64,000 nt of DNA from a virus, in IMG/VR virus record IMGVR_UViG_3300021185_003284, positions 49,072-113,071 of that record, one strand, 5' to 3'. Made by a program: the position numbers and the translations under genes. A model generated the notes under the pieces. The model was not told the origin of the DNA, ran no database searches, and saw only the letters and a program-made list of their open reading frames with translations. Shown one piece after another: positions 1-9,343 of the stretch; the first letter of the stretch is position 1; every line of letters begins with the position of its first letter.

Positions 1-153
1 TTAACATTATGTAAGACTCCTTCTGATTTAATGGACATAGTAGACAGAATAAATAGAGATTATATTATAAAAAAAGACTCACCTTACGGTAAAGGTGATA
101 CAGCTAAAAGAGTTAAACGAATATTATATGGCGAAGATAACAGTAATACTTAA
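1..153 (+). CDS. 5'-truncated CDS, C-terminus of a probable UDP-GlcNAc 2-epimerase
   Basis: Frame 1 is open to TAA at 151-153. ...SPYGKGDTAKRVKRIL resembles the PYGDG-A-RI C-terminal motif of WecB/NeuC epimerases, and sugar genes follow. Confidence 0.6.
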   Translation, partial: LTLCKTPSDLMDIVDRINRDYIIKKDSPYGKGDTAKRVKRILYGEDNSNT

Positions 154-853
154 TTGCTATAAAAGAGCAGAGTACCTTAAAGAGCAGATAGAAGCTGTAA
201 CAGGTCAATCAATTCCACCAGAGGATATAATGATTTGGTCTAATAAACCTGAAGAAGGTCAGCAATTTAATCTAGATGAATTAGGAGTAAAGGTAGCTTA
301 TAGCAATACTAATTTAAAGTTTCATGCTAGGTTTGCATATGGCTTACTTGCTAAATCTGAGTATGTAGCATTCTTTGATGACGATACAATACCAGGTAAA
401 GATTGGTTTAAGAATTGCCTTGCTTGTATGAAACATGGAAATTATATTTTAGGAACTTCAGGAGTAAGGTTAGAAAGTGAGAATTATGACCCTAATAAAA
501 AGGTAGGATGGAATGGAGTTCTAAGCAATAAGTTGGAATTAGTTGATTTAGTAGGACATGCCTGGTTTATGAAAAGAGATACGTTAAAGTACCTTTGGCA
601 AGAAGATCCTATTTCATGGGAGAACGGAGAAGATATACAACTTTCAGCTTTTGCTTATTTACATGGAGGTATTGAAACAGCAGTACCACCGCATCCTGAA
701 GGTAAAGAACACTTATGGGGTAGCATAAATGGGTATAAAAAAGGAAATGACCAAAATGCTTCTCATTGGAAGAGCAATCATGCTCCTTTACGTAACGAAA
801 TTTGTAGTAAACTATCTGATAAAGGGTATAAAAGAGTAATGAAAAGAAAATGA
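128..853 (+). CDS. GT2-family glycosyltransferase
   Basis: N-terminal ITVILNCYKR and a DDD (DxD) motif. ATG at 128 preferred over GTG at 95. Confidence 0.8.
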   Translation: MAKITVILNCYKRAEYLKEQIEAVTGQSIPPEDIMIWSNKPEEGQQFNLDELGVKVAYSNTNLKFHARFAYGLLAKSEYVAFFDDDTIPGKDWFKNCLACMKHGNYILGTSGVRLESENYDPNKKVGWNGVLSNKLELVDLVGHAWFMKRDTLKYLWQEDPISWENGEDIQLSAFAYLHGGIETAVPPHPEGKEHLWGSINGYKKGNDQNASHWKSNHAPLRNEICSKLSDKGYKRVMKRK

Positions 854-1698
854 AAAAAATACTAGTAACAGGAGGAGCAGGCTTTGTAGGATCTAATTTA
901 ATTAAGTTACTATTAGAAAAAGGTCATAAGGTAACTTCTTTAGATAATTATGATTCCGGAACAATGAAGAATCATCACCAAGGAGCAGATTATATTCCCG
1001 GTGATATAGAATTGATTAATACTTTAGATAAGGACTTTGATATAATTTATCACTGTGCAGCTTTATCTAGAATACAACCTTCATTCAATAACCCAGATGA
1101 GACTTATAGAGTTAATACCTTAGGTACTCAGAAAGTATGTGAGTTTGCTAGAAAGAATGGTATAAAGGTAGTTTATGCTGGTTCATCCTCAAAGCATCAT
1201 GATCCATATCAATCTCCTTATGCTGCTTGTAAGTATATGGGTGAAGAAGTATGTAAGATGTATAAGAAGACTTACGGTATGGACATAGAGATAGCTAGAT
1301 TTTATAACGTATACGGTCCAGGAGAGATAGTTTACGGTGATTGGGCAGCAGTAATAGGAATATGGAGACGTCAATCAGAAGCTAAAGAACCTATAACTAT
1401 AGTTGGTGATGGAGAACAAAAGAGAGATTTTACTCATGTCGAAGATATAGTAGAAGGTTTATTTAGAATAGGATTTAAATTAGAAGTGCATGAAGATGCA
1501 TGGGAGTTAGGAACAGGTATTAATTACTCTATTAATGATGTTTACTTAATGTTTAAAGAAAAGTTTGGAACAGACTATAAATACATTCCAGATCAAAATG
1601 GTAATTATAGAGAAACGTTAAGAGAAAATAATGATGCTTTATTAAGATTAGGTTGGAAACCTGAAGATAAATTACTATCTTATATCAATAGCTTATGA
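850..1698 (+). CDS. NAD-dependent epimerase/dehydratase (extended SDR)
   Basis: TGGAGFVG Rossmann motif, YxxxK (YAACK), RFYNVYGP, RDFTHV. Confidence 0.92.
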   Translation: MKKILVTGGAGFVGSNLIKLLLEKGHKVTSLDNYDSGTMKNHHQGADYIPGDIELINTLDKDFDIIYHCAALSRIQPSFNNPDETYRVNTLGTQKVCEFARKNGIKVVYAGSSSKHHDPYQSPYAACKYMGEEVCKMYKKTYGMDIEIARFYNVYGPGEIVYGDWAAVIGIWRRQSEAKEPITIVGDGEQKRDFTHVEDIVEGLFRIGFKLEVHEDAWELGTGINYSINDVYLMFKEKFGTDYKYIPDQNGNYRETLRENNDALLRLGWKPEDKLLSYINSL

Positions 1699-2444
1699 AA
1701 CTAGTAGTATACACAGCACTGTTTGCAGATGAATCACTACCTTTAGAAGAGGTAGGAAGATTCTTTCCGTTTACTCATGAAAGAGGAGATGTTAAGTATA
1801 TAGCTTTTACAAACAGAGAAGATTTAAAATCAGATTTCTGGGATGTTAAAGTTTTAAAGAAAGATAAAGACAAGTCTTTTAGAATGATGTCAAGATTTCT
1901 TAAATGGAATCCATCTAAAGCTAAGTTACCGAAACATACTCATAGTCTCTGGATGGACTCTCAATGTTATTTTAAATTTGAACCAAAGGCTATTGTAGAT
2001 CATTATTTAAAAGATAACAAACATACAGCTATCCATCACCATACAGATCTAAGAAGTATATATGTAGAAGGAATGGTTACATCGTATGCTTATATGAATG
2101 ATAAACCTTCTATAGTAAACAGACAGTTAGAAAGGTATCATGAGAATGGAATGCCATATCAATACGATCATTTCGAAACTGGAGTACTAATTAGAAAAAA
2201 TAATAAAGACGCAAATGAATTTTCAAAAGAAGTTTATACTGAGCTTACAACTGATAGTATTAGAGATCAGATATCAACTCCATATATTGTTTGGAATAGA
2301 AGAGAAAAAGGAGACAAAGGAATACTAACTATAACAGAATCTTTTACAGCACACAAAGGTCAGTTACCTTTAGAGAAATCTAAAATATTTTTTACTGAAC
2401 CTAAGCCAAGTGATAAGTTAAAAGAGGATTTAACAAAAAGATAA
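1695..2444 (+). CDS. DUF616/TOD1-like putative glycosyltransferase
   Basis: VVYTA start, YIAFT, SLWMD, ETGVLIR and RDQIS motifs typical of DUF616. Confidence 0.65.
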   Translation: MKLVVYTALFADESLPLEEVGRFFPFTHERGDVKYIAFTNREDLKSDFWDVKVLKKDKDKSFRMMSRFLKWNPSKAKLPKHTHSLWMDSQCYFKFEPKAIVDHYLKDNKHTAIHHHTDLRSIYVEGMVTSYAYMNDKPSIVNRQLERYHENGMPYQYDHFETGVLIRKNNKDANEFSKEVYTELTTDSIRDQISTPYIVWNRREKGDKGILTITESFTAHKGQLPLEKSKIFFTEPKPSDKLKEDLTKR

Positions 2445-2445
2445 T

Positions 2446-2619
2446 ATGAAAAAGTATATTGTAGAATTTAACTTATTAGATGGTACATCTGAAGAAATAG
2501 AGTTTGTAACTGACAAAATTGATTGGAGTATAGAGCAATGGGGACGCAATAGAGCAGTAAGAAGTTACCAAATAATTCAAGAAGGTTCATCAAATACTAA
2601 AAGAATGTTATTAGACTAA
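2446..2619 (+). CDS. Small hypothetical protein (57 aa), not in the ORF track
   Basis: ATG 2446 to TAA 2619, abutting the upstream stop. Confidence 0.6.
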   Translation: MKKYIVEFNLLDGTSEEIEFVTDKIDWSIEQWGRNRAVRSYQIIQEGSSNTKRMLLD

Positions 2620-2632
2620 CTATTTATTAAAT

Positions 2633-3010
2633 ATGAAACAGCTAGAAAAGTATATAAGAAACGTATTAAGTGAGTCAGCAAAGATTAATTTTGCTGGACA
2701 TAAGTTTGTGCTTAAGGTAGATACCAACGAAGATCCACAGAAGAAAGGTGTCAAAGTTCAATTTCTACCAACAGAGTTTGGTACTCTAACTAAAACTCAA
2801 CAAGATGATATAGCAATTGAGCTTGAATCTAGATTGGAGAAAGGGTTAGCAAGCTTTGATATGAGAGTAGAAAGAGATAGAAATCTCAAAGACAAGACTA
2901 TAATTGGCTTTTTCATCTACATTGAATATTTTGATAGAATAATCAGAAAAGCATTATCAGGACAGAATCCAACGACTGATGACCCTGTAGACGGACCAGC
3001 CGAAGTTTAA
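2633..3010 (+). CDS. Hypothetical protein with a capsid-targeting-like leader (MKQLEKYIRNVLSE)
   Basis: ORF preceded by TATTTAT late motif at 2621. Confidence 0.6.
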   Translation: MKQLEKYIRNVLSESAKINFAGHKFVLKVDTNEDPQKKGVKVQFLPTEFGTLTKTQQDDIAIELESRLEKGLASFDMRVERDRNLKDKTIIGFFIYIEYFDRIIRKALSGQNPTTDDPVDGPAEV

Positions 3011-3025
3011 AAACTAACGCAAAAT

Positions 3026-3433
3026 ATGGTGTCACCGAACAAGAAGATTAGAGAAGTTCTCTTCTCATTACATCCATTATCTTATCGTATCAAGAAGAAA
3101 GGTCTTGATAAAGAATCTATGAATAAAAAACTATTTACTGGAATTATTACTCAGTTAAAGAAGATTGAGGACAGGAGAGACTTTATGGCTGAAGAGATAG
3201 GAATGGATATGACTACTTACGAAGATCAATTCTTTAATGTTATAGAAGATCTAATGAAGATGTCATTTAATAAATCTCAGTTAGGATTAATACAATTATA
3301 TCTCTACACTCTTTCACCAGATAAAGAATGGGATGGAACTATAGTTGTTGAAGTAGGAGAATCAAAAGAAGAGAAAGTAGTAAAATTTAAAACACCTGAA
3401 GAGGTTTGGAAAGTAGTTACTGAGTTCTCATAA
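3026..3433 (+). CDS. Hypothetical protein
   Basis: ORF in operon context. Confidence 0.6.
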   Translation: MVSPNKKIREVLFSLHPLSYRIKKKGLDKESMNKKLFTGIITQLKKIEDRRDFMAEEIGMDMTTYEDQFFNVIEDLMKMSFNKSQLGLIQLYLYTLSPDKEWDGTIVVEVGESKEEKVVKFKTPEEVWKVVTEFS

Positions 3434-3442
3434 TAATAAGTT

Positions 3443-4663
3443 ATGGATTTAGATTTTTATAATGAGCATGGATATCTCCATATCGAAAATGCTATCCCAA
3501 AAGAGTATATAGAAATTGCAAGAGAAAAAGGCATGCCTTTAGTCAAATGGTCTAGAGAAAATGTTAATAAACCTGCACTAGCTGGCCCACCTACATTAAA
3601 TCTACATGTAGGATGTGCTGGAGCATATGAAGGAGAGTTAATGAACCTTTATACTTCTAAAATCTCATATGATTTAGTTACCACTATTTTACAGAAAAAA
3701 GATATATTTTTATTTAATGATCAAATGGTCTATAAGTTTCCAAATGATAACTTTACATTTGCTCCTCATTACGATAATCAATATGGAGCTGAAAATAAGG
3801 ATGGTAAAATGCATACTGTTAATATGAGTTGGGTACTAGATGACTTTACAGATGATAACGGAACATTAGAACTTCAAAGCTTAAAAACAAAAGAGTGGCA
3901 TAGAGTCTATCCTAAAGCAGGAGATATTATAGCCATAAACGGAAACTGTATACATAGATCAGGTCCTAATACTTCTGATAAACCTAGAGGACTATATGCT
4001 TGTGTGTATTCTGAAGGACAGATAAACTTACAAAATTACTATAAGGAACCTTTTCTACTTAAAGATACAGATACACAGCACCTTCATCATCTATCTAATG
4101 GCATACCAATACAACAATTTAGAGGATTTGAGGAGTACTTTACTAAATTTTTAGAACTAAATAAATTTGATAGGATATTAGAATTAGGAACTTCAAGAGG
4201 AGGTTTAACATATTTCCTCTCTACTATATTTGACGGACCTATTATTACAGTTGATAACGTAACTAAGCTAATAGACCAAAAAGTATATAGTGTAGCACGA
4301 GTAATGGAAGCAGATCATATGAGCTTTCAAACTCAGCAGTTCTTACATAAAGAGTTTATTTCTAAAGAAGGAAAGACATTAGTACTTTGTGATGGAGGTG
4401 ACAAACCTTCTATCTTTAATGCTTATGCTACTTTAATAAAGGAGGGAGACTTTATAGGAGTGCATGATTTCTTTGTATCAAAGGAAGAATATGAAAAACA
4501 AAACGCTTGGAACTGGATGGAATGCTCAGAAGATCAAATAAAAAACGTGATACGTGAGTATAAACTAGAAAAGACTGATACTTATTTACTCAACATCGTT
4601 TGGGGTATGTATAAGAAGAACTCTAAGAAAGTAGATCTACCAACTTATTCATCTATAATATGA
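3443..4663 (+). CDS. Fusion of PhyH-like 2OG-Fe(II) dioxygenase and class I SAM methyltransferase
   Basis: N-half: HYD...H(RS)...R facial-triad pattern. C-half: ILELGTSRGG SAM motif, LCDGG, GVHD. Confidence 0.75.
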   Translation: MDLDFYNEHGYLHIENAIPKEYIEIAREKGMPLVKWSRENVNKPALAGPPTLNLHVGCAGAYEGELMNLYTSKISYDLVTTILQKKDIFLFNDQMVYKFPNDNFTFAPHYDNQYGAENKDGKMHTVNMSWVLDDFTDDNGTLELQSLKTKEWHRVYPKAGDIIAINGNCIHRSGPNTSDKPRGLYACVYSEGQINLQNYYKEPFLLKDTDTQHLHHLSNGIPIQQFRGFEEYFTKFLELNKFDRILELGTSRGGLTYFLSTIFDGPIITVDNVTKLIDQKVYSVARVMEADHMSFQTQQFLHKEFISKEGKTLVLCDGGDKPSIFNAYATLIKEGDFIGVHDFFVSKEEYEKQNAWNWMECSEDQIKNVIREYKLEKTDTYLLNIVWGMYKKNSKKVDLPTYSSII

Positions 4664-4680
4664 AAATATACATTAAATTA

Positions 4681-4712
4681 GTTGGAATCCTGGATCTTTA
4701 TTCTTATCTTTA
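4681..4712 (+). promoter_or_regulatory. Bacteroidota-type promoter TTG-N20-TATCTTTA
   Basis: Member of a repeated motif with an invariant 20-nt spacer. Confidence 0.65.
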
Positions 4713-4737
4713 TATCTAATTAAAACGGTTATACTAT

Positions 4738-5136
4738 ATGCAAAAATTAAAAATGATTCCATGCCCTAAATGTGGCAACGATTTCCCAGAACTTAGAAAG
4801 ACATTATACAACTATCATGTATGTGTTGATTGCTCGACTACTAAACCTGTCGTAGGTATTACTACAGTAGAAGGAACAGGCGATCATACCTATAATGATA
4901 TTATTATAATGGATCAAGATAGAGCTTTGGCTATTGAAAGAGCAGCTAATGAAGCTATGGGTAAGAAAGCAATTGATGTAGAAGTTTTAGACTTTGATAA
5001 AGAGCCTATGAATGATAACGAAGTTACTCAATCAATTAAAGATCAAACTAAAAACATACTAGAAGGAGAAGAGGAACAATATGATATGTTGGATCCTGAT
5101 AAAGAACCTGAAGGTATAGAAGGAATAGATTATTAA
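4738..5136 (+). CDS. C4 zinc-finger protein (TraR/DksA-like finger) with acidic tail
   Basis: CPKC-x-LR-x-CVDC. Confidence 0.55.
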   Translation: MQKLKMIPCPKCGNDFPELRKTLYNYHVCVDCSTTKPVVGITTVEGTGDHTYNDIIIMDQDRALAIERAANEAMGKKAIDVEVLDFDKEPMNDNEVTQSIKDQTKNILEGEEEQYDMLDPDKEPEGIEGIDY

Positions 5137-5765
5137 TGGCAAGACCGTCTAAAATAGTTACTAAAGAAGATATTCTTAGAGCACAACAGAATACTCGTTC
5201 TAATATGGCAGCAGCCAGATATCTACATATATCTTATAACCACTATAAGAAGTATGCTAAGATGTTTAAAAATGACGAAGGAGTAACTCTGTTGGAAGCT
5301 CATAAGAATCAAGAAGGGAAAGGTATCCCTAAATTTGCTGTAGCTGGTATAGATAATGTACCCTTAATGGATGTACTGGAAGGAAGAGTTCCTATAGAAC
5401 ATTTCGATTCCAGAAAAATTAAGGCTAGATTATTAAGTGAAGGTAAGTTAGTTGAGGTATGTACTAGATGTAAATTCTCTGAAAGAAGAATTGTAGATCA
5501 AAAAATACCTGTTATCTTAAGTTTTAAAGACGGAAATAAAAAAAATTGGCATTTAGAGAATTTAGAGTTTCTCTGTTACAATTGTTCTTTTCTCTATGCA
5601 GCATCACCTATCGAGGAGAAACGTGCAGAGGCAATGGAAGACTACGTAAAAACTAAAAGAGATGAGCCGGATTGGGAACTAGATGAACACCATAAGGAAC
5701 ATTTAAGAGAGTTAGGGCTATTAGACGAATCTAACCCCGGAGATGAATTTATCTCTAGATTATAA
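5136..5765 (+). CDS. HTH plus degenerate HNH-like domain protein
   Basis: SNMAAARYLHIS HTH. CTRC...DGNKKN..LENLEFLCYNC has HNH-type Zn ligands, but no His where the catalytic His is expected. Confidence 0.6.
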   Translation: MARPSKIVTKEDILRAQQNTRSNMAAARYLHISYNHYKKYAKMFKNDEGVTLLEAHKNQEGKGIPKFAVAGIDNVPLMDVLEGRVPIEHFDSRKIKARLLSEGKLVEVCTRCKFSERRIVDQKIPVILSFKDGNKKNWHLENLEFLCYNCSFLYAASPIEEKRAEAMEDYVKTKRDEPDWELDEHHKEHLRELGLLDESNPGDEFISRL

Positions 5766-5778
5766 ACTATTTATAACC

Positions 5779-5928
5779 ATGGCCAAAAAAGAAAAGAATA
5801 AATTTTCAACATGGAAAAAGAAAAAACCTTTAGAAAGAAAGGTTGCTGACGATCTAGTCAAGCAGTCTGAGAAAAATGAAAAGCTCAGAGAAAAAAGTAT
5901 AGGAACTAGTTTCTTAGACTTATTTTAA
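5779..5928 (+). CDS. Small basic hypothetical protein
   Basis: ATG at 5779 follows TATTTATA at 5768. Confidence 0.5.
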   Translation: MAKKEKNKFSTWKKKKPLERKVADDLVKQSEKNEKLREKSIGTSFLDLF

Positions 5929-5942
5929 CTTAAAACTATTTT

Positions 5943-6536
5943 ATGAAAAACTTATTATTAACTATAGTTGTGTCTTTAGCCAGCACCGTTGTGATGGCAT
6001 TTAGTTTAGCAACAAGAGGAGAAGTAAAGAGTGCAATAGAATTAGAACCAGAGAGGCCCTTGGCCTTAATTAACATCACCCCAGAAATCACAGCTCCAAA
6101 AATAGAGCTCATAATTAAAAATCACAGTAAGTTTCTAGAAGACATCGGAATGAGAGAGTCTTCCGGAAACTATAAAGCAGTCAATCAATTCGGATATTTA
6201 GGTAAGTATCAGTTCGGAAGAAGAACTCTTGATGCATTAGGATATGATAATGTATCTAATAGAGAGTTTTTATCTAATGGATCTATCCAAGAAGAAGCTA
6301 TGTATGCTCTACTTACTCATAATAGAAAGATACTTAGAAGACAGATAAGCAAATACGTAGGACAAACAATAGCAGGTGTATACATTACAGAGTCAGGTCT
6401 GTTAGCAGCAGCTCATTTAGCTGGTCCAGGTAATGTTAAAAAGTTCCTTAGAAAAGGTTATGAATTTAAAGATGGTAACGGTACTACAATGACATCTTAT
6501 ATGACAAAGTTTAGTAACTATAGGTTGGAATTCTGA
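5943..6536 (+). CDS. Signal-anchored lysozyme-like / lytic transglycosylase
   Basis: Hydrophobic N-terminus; RESSGNY (catalytic Glu), GKYQF, AAHLAG. Confidence 0.75.
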   Translation: MKNLLLTIVVSLASTVVMAFSLATRGEVKSAIELEPERPLALINITPEITAPKIELIIKNHSKFLEDIGMRESSGNYKAVNQFGYLGKYQFGRRTLDALGYDNVSNREFLSNGSIQEEAMYALLTHNRKILRRQISKYVGQTIAGVYITESGLLAAAHLAGPGNVKKFLRKGYEFKDGNGTTMTSYMTKFSNYRLEF

Positions 6537-6588
6537 TATAATTTTCTTATATTAAGGTATAATTAATTAATAAAAAATAAAGGTTATG
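6524..6588 (+). promoter_or_regulatory. Promoter TTG-N20-TATATTAA with AAAGGTT-ATG leader
   Basis: Repeated motif. Confidence 0.7.
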
Positions 6589-6888
6589 ACAAAAGCGAAA
6601 CGCCACTACGAATCTTGGTCAATTGATGAAGCAAGATTATTTATGAATTACTATTTAGCTAATATTACTAGAAAAGATTATAGTCTAGTATTAGATAATT
6701 TTTCAAAGGAAGTTGATAGAACTTATGATGCTATTGCATTTAGAGTAAAAGAAGTTTTGAGTATATTAACTGATGGAGATCAAGGTCTTAAAAAAGATAA
6801 ATGGACAAAAGAATTTATCTATGTTGTTGATGAAAAGCTAAATGAAGGCTCTATTTCTAAAGCTAAAATGATAATGTTGTTTGAATAA
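6586..6888 (+). CDS. Hypothetical protein (Myb/SANT-like helical repeats possible)
   Basis: WSIDE / WTKE repeats; has its own promoter. Confidence 0.55.
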   Translation: MTKAKRHYESWSIDEARLFMNYYLANITRKDYSLVLDNFSKEVDRTYDAIAFRVKEVLSILTDGDQGLKKDKWTKEFIYVVDEKLNEGSISKAKMIMLFE

Positions 6889-7223
6889 TGGGTAGAGAAA
6901 AAGCAGGACATACTGAGAAAATCAGGTTCGACTTTCCTACTGAAGCAGTATTGGAAGTTAATATTAAAGGTAATTGGTATAGAGTCACTTCACAAGACTT
7001 TAGATCTTTTGACGGTAAAAGAAGATATTCTAAACCTACTCGTCAACCAGGCCTTGGCATGAAAGATATGCACGAGATAGAATTTATTACTGTTGATTAT
7101 ACTGATGAACCTCTTTACATGTTTGGTACTAATATTCAGGTACTAGATAGAGAGATGAATGAAAAGATAGTCAATAGTCCTTATTACGAAAAAGTAACTA
7201 AAGTATCAGGATCAAGAACATGA
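6888..7223 (+). CDS. Hypothetical protein
   Basis: Translationally coupled ORF. Confidence 0.6.
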   Translation: MGREKAGHTEKIRFDFPTEAVLEVNIKGNWYRVTSQDFRSFDGKRRYSKPTRQPGLGMKDMHEIEFITVDYTDEPLYMFGTNIQVLDREMNEKIVNSPYYEKVTKVSGSRT

Positions 7224-7516
7224 TAAAATTACATTTTGAAAATACTAATGAATTTGAAGGTTTATTTAAATCTAAAAAATTAGCAGTCACTCAGGGCATT
7301 GTCCAAGGTATAGAAGAAGCTATGAAAAGAAATGTTAAGAGTGCTGATTTATTTCAACTCTCTTTTGGAGACTCAGATATGATGTATGAACTTTCACTAC
7401 CTAGATCTCAATGGGTTGTTGCATTAGAGTCTTGTCTAGAACATTACCATGAATTACAATTAGCAGATGATGCTATAGATACGTGGAAACTTCTAGAAGC
7501 AGCTAAAGTCTGGTAA
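7220..7516 (+). CDS. Hypothetical protein
   Basis: ATGA overlap with upstream gene. Confidence 0.6.
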   Translation: MIKLHFENTNEFEGLFKSKKLAVTQGIVQGIEEAMKRNVKSADLFQLSFGDSDMMYELSLPRSQWVVALESCLEHYHELQLADDAIDTWKLLEAAKVW

Positions 7517-7551
7517 ATAAAGTTAAACTTTTCCGGAAATAACTATGTAAA

Positions 7552-7617
7552 TAGTTGCCTAGGAACTTAATTATTCATATATTAAGGTATAATTAAAAAG
7601 GTAAAATAAAGGTTATG
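7552..7617 (+). promoter_or_regulatory. Promoter TTG-N20-TATATTAA with AAAGGTT-ATG leader
   Basis: Repeated motif; leader near-identical to those at 16167 and 20151. Confidence 0.75.
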
Positions 7618-8358
7618 ACAAATATTAAAACAGTTAAAATGAAGGACATGAAGTTTGATCCTTCTCTATTCCGTCCAATGAAATCAGGACGTATAATCGA
7701 TGCTCACTTCTCTTCTCAGAAAGGTTTGATGAAAGGTACTAACTATGCAATCGTAGGTGATCCAGGTATTGGTAAAACTACTGTTATGTTAGATATGTTA
7801 GCTGACTTACAGAATAAAGGTAAGAAAGTTTTATTTATTTCTGGTGAAATGAATCAGATTGATATGTACGGTTACGTAAAAAGATACCCTAAGTTTGGTG
7901 AACTTCCAATATTATTTATGGGTGACCATACTGAAGATAATAACTTAGAAGTTATTGAAAATATCTTATCAGAAGGTTGGGATGTTGTACTTATAGATTC
8001 TATGGCAGAGGTTCAAAATGCTGTTGTAGATACTCATAAAGGATGGATGTCATCTAAAAAAGCTGAGACTGAATTATTGAACTTATTTGAAAAGCATAAT
8101 TTAGGTCAGAATGATTCTAATACTAATACTTCTTTCTTAGTTATTCAACAAGTTACTAAAGGTGGTGAGTTTGCTGGATCGAATAGATTTAAGCATATGA
8201 TGACTGGAATGGCTCATATGAAATGGACTAAAGAAGGTGATAGAACTTTCTTCTTCTCAAAAAACAGAAGAGGTGGTGATATGTCTGTAAGAATGTTTAG
8301 CTTGCAGAATAGAAATAGAATCGGATGGTTAGGAACTGTTGCAGTAGGTCAAGAATAA
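7615..8358 (+). CDS. RecA-superfamily ATPase, RadA/Sms-like (ATPase domain only)
   Basis: Walker A GDPGIGKT, ISGE, Walker B VLIDS, VTKGG, KNRRG (compare RadA KNRFG). Confidence 0.75.
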   Translation: MTNIKTVKMKDMKFDPSLFRPMKSGRIIDAHFSSQKGLMKGTNYAIVGDPGIGKTTVMLDMLADLQNKGKKVLFISGEMNQIDMYGYVKRYPKFGELPILFMGDHTEDNNLEVIENILSEGWDVVLIDSMAEVQNAVVDTHKGWMSSKKAETELLNLFEKHNLGQNDSNTNTSFLVIQQVTKGGEFAGSNRFKHMMTGMAHMKWTKEGDRTFFFSKNRRGGDMSVRMFSLQNRNRIGWLGTVAVGQE

Positions 8359-8369
8359 AGTTACTTAAA

Positions 8370-8403
8370 TAGTTGCCTCACAAAGATAAAATTCGTATAT
8401 TGT
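8370..8403 (+). promoter_or_regulatory. Promoter TTG-N20-TATATTGT
   Basis: Repeated motif. Confidence 0.65.
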
Positions 8404-8444
8404 AAATATAAATTAATAATTAATAATTAAATAAAAATCAGGTT

Positions 8445-9290
8445 ATGTCAGATATTATGTTCAATTTTAAGCAAGATGAAACTTACATGAGTAAGGAAGA
8501 TCTTAGGAATGAATGCCCTTTAGCATTCGCTAGTGCACCAACTAACCCTAATGTTAGTGGTAAATACTTATTCGTTAATACAGAAACTATTGTAGACGAT
8601 TTAGATAAGTTAGGATGGAAACCAGTTCAAGCTGCTCAAAGAAAAGCTAGAGGTAATGCAGGTACTATTTTTAGTAAGCATATGGTTGCATTCCAGAATC
8701 CAGATATTAAGATTAAAGGTGAAGGCGGAGATGATGCTTGGCCTAGAATTATTATGACGAACAGTCATGATGGTATGCAAGCGTTTAAGTTTAGCGTTGG
8801 TATATTTAGAATGGTTTGTTCTAATGGTTTAGTAGTTGCAGATGAGCAATTTAGTGACTTTAAGATTAAGCATAAAGGTTATACCTTTGGTGAACTTAGA
8901 GAAGTAGTTAATCAAGCTGTAGCTGATCTTCCTAATAGAGTCCAAGTATTAAACGATATGAAAGATAGAGTTCTTACTCAAGAAGAAAAGAATAAATTAG
9001 CTTTAGATGCTATGTTAATTAGAGCTAATATTACTCCTGGTTCTGAAAAAGCAAAAGAGTTTAATTATGATGCTGAGACTATTGAAGATATTCTTGATCC
9101 TAAAAGAGATGAAGATAAAGGAGATGATCTTTGGAGAGTATTTAATGTAGTACAAGAAAAGATTACTCAAGGAGATTTCCATGCTGCATTAACAGGTGCA
9201 AAAGTAAGAAAAGTTCGTAAAATTAAATCTTTCGAAAAGGACTTGAAAGTTAATAAGGAACTATTTAAATTAGCGACTAATTTAATTTAG
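8445..9290 (+). CDS. DUF932/DUF945-family protein
   Basis: KHMVAF, NSHDG, G-FRMVCSNGL, H, DLWRVFNVVQE motifs. Confidence 0.85.
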   Translation: MSDIMFNFKQDETYMSKEDLRNECPLAFASAPTNPNVSGKYLFVNTETIVDDLDKLGWKPVQAAQRKARGNAGTIFSKHMVAFQNPDIKIKGEGGDDAWPRIIMTNSHDGMQAFKFSVGIFRMVCSNGLVVADEQFSDFKIKHKGYTFGELREVVNQAVADLPNRVQVLNDMKDRVLTQEEKNKLALDAMLIRANITPGSEKAKEFNYDAETIEDILDPKRDEDKGDDLWRVFNVVQEKITQGDFHAALTGAKVRKVRKIKSFEKDLKVNKELFKLATNLI

Positions 9291-9306
9291 AAACATTCTA
9301 AATAAA

Positions 9307-9339
9307 AGTTGGTTATTAACTCTTAAAAGACTATATTGT
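9307..9339 (+). promoter_or_regulatory. Promoter TTG-N20-TATATTGT
   Basis: Repeated motif only a few nt before the ATG at 9344 (near-leaderless). Confidence 0.55.
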
Positions 9340-9343
9340 ATAT

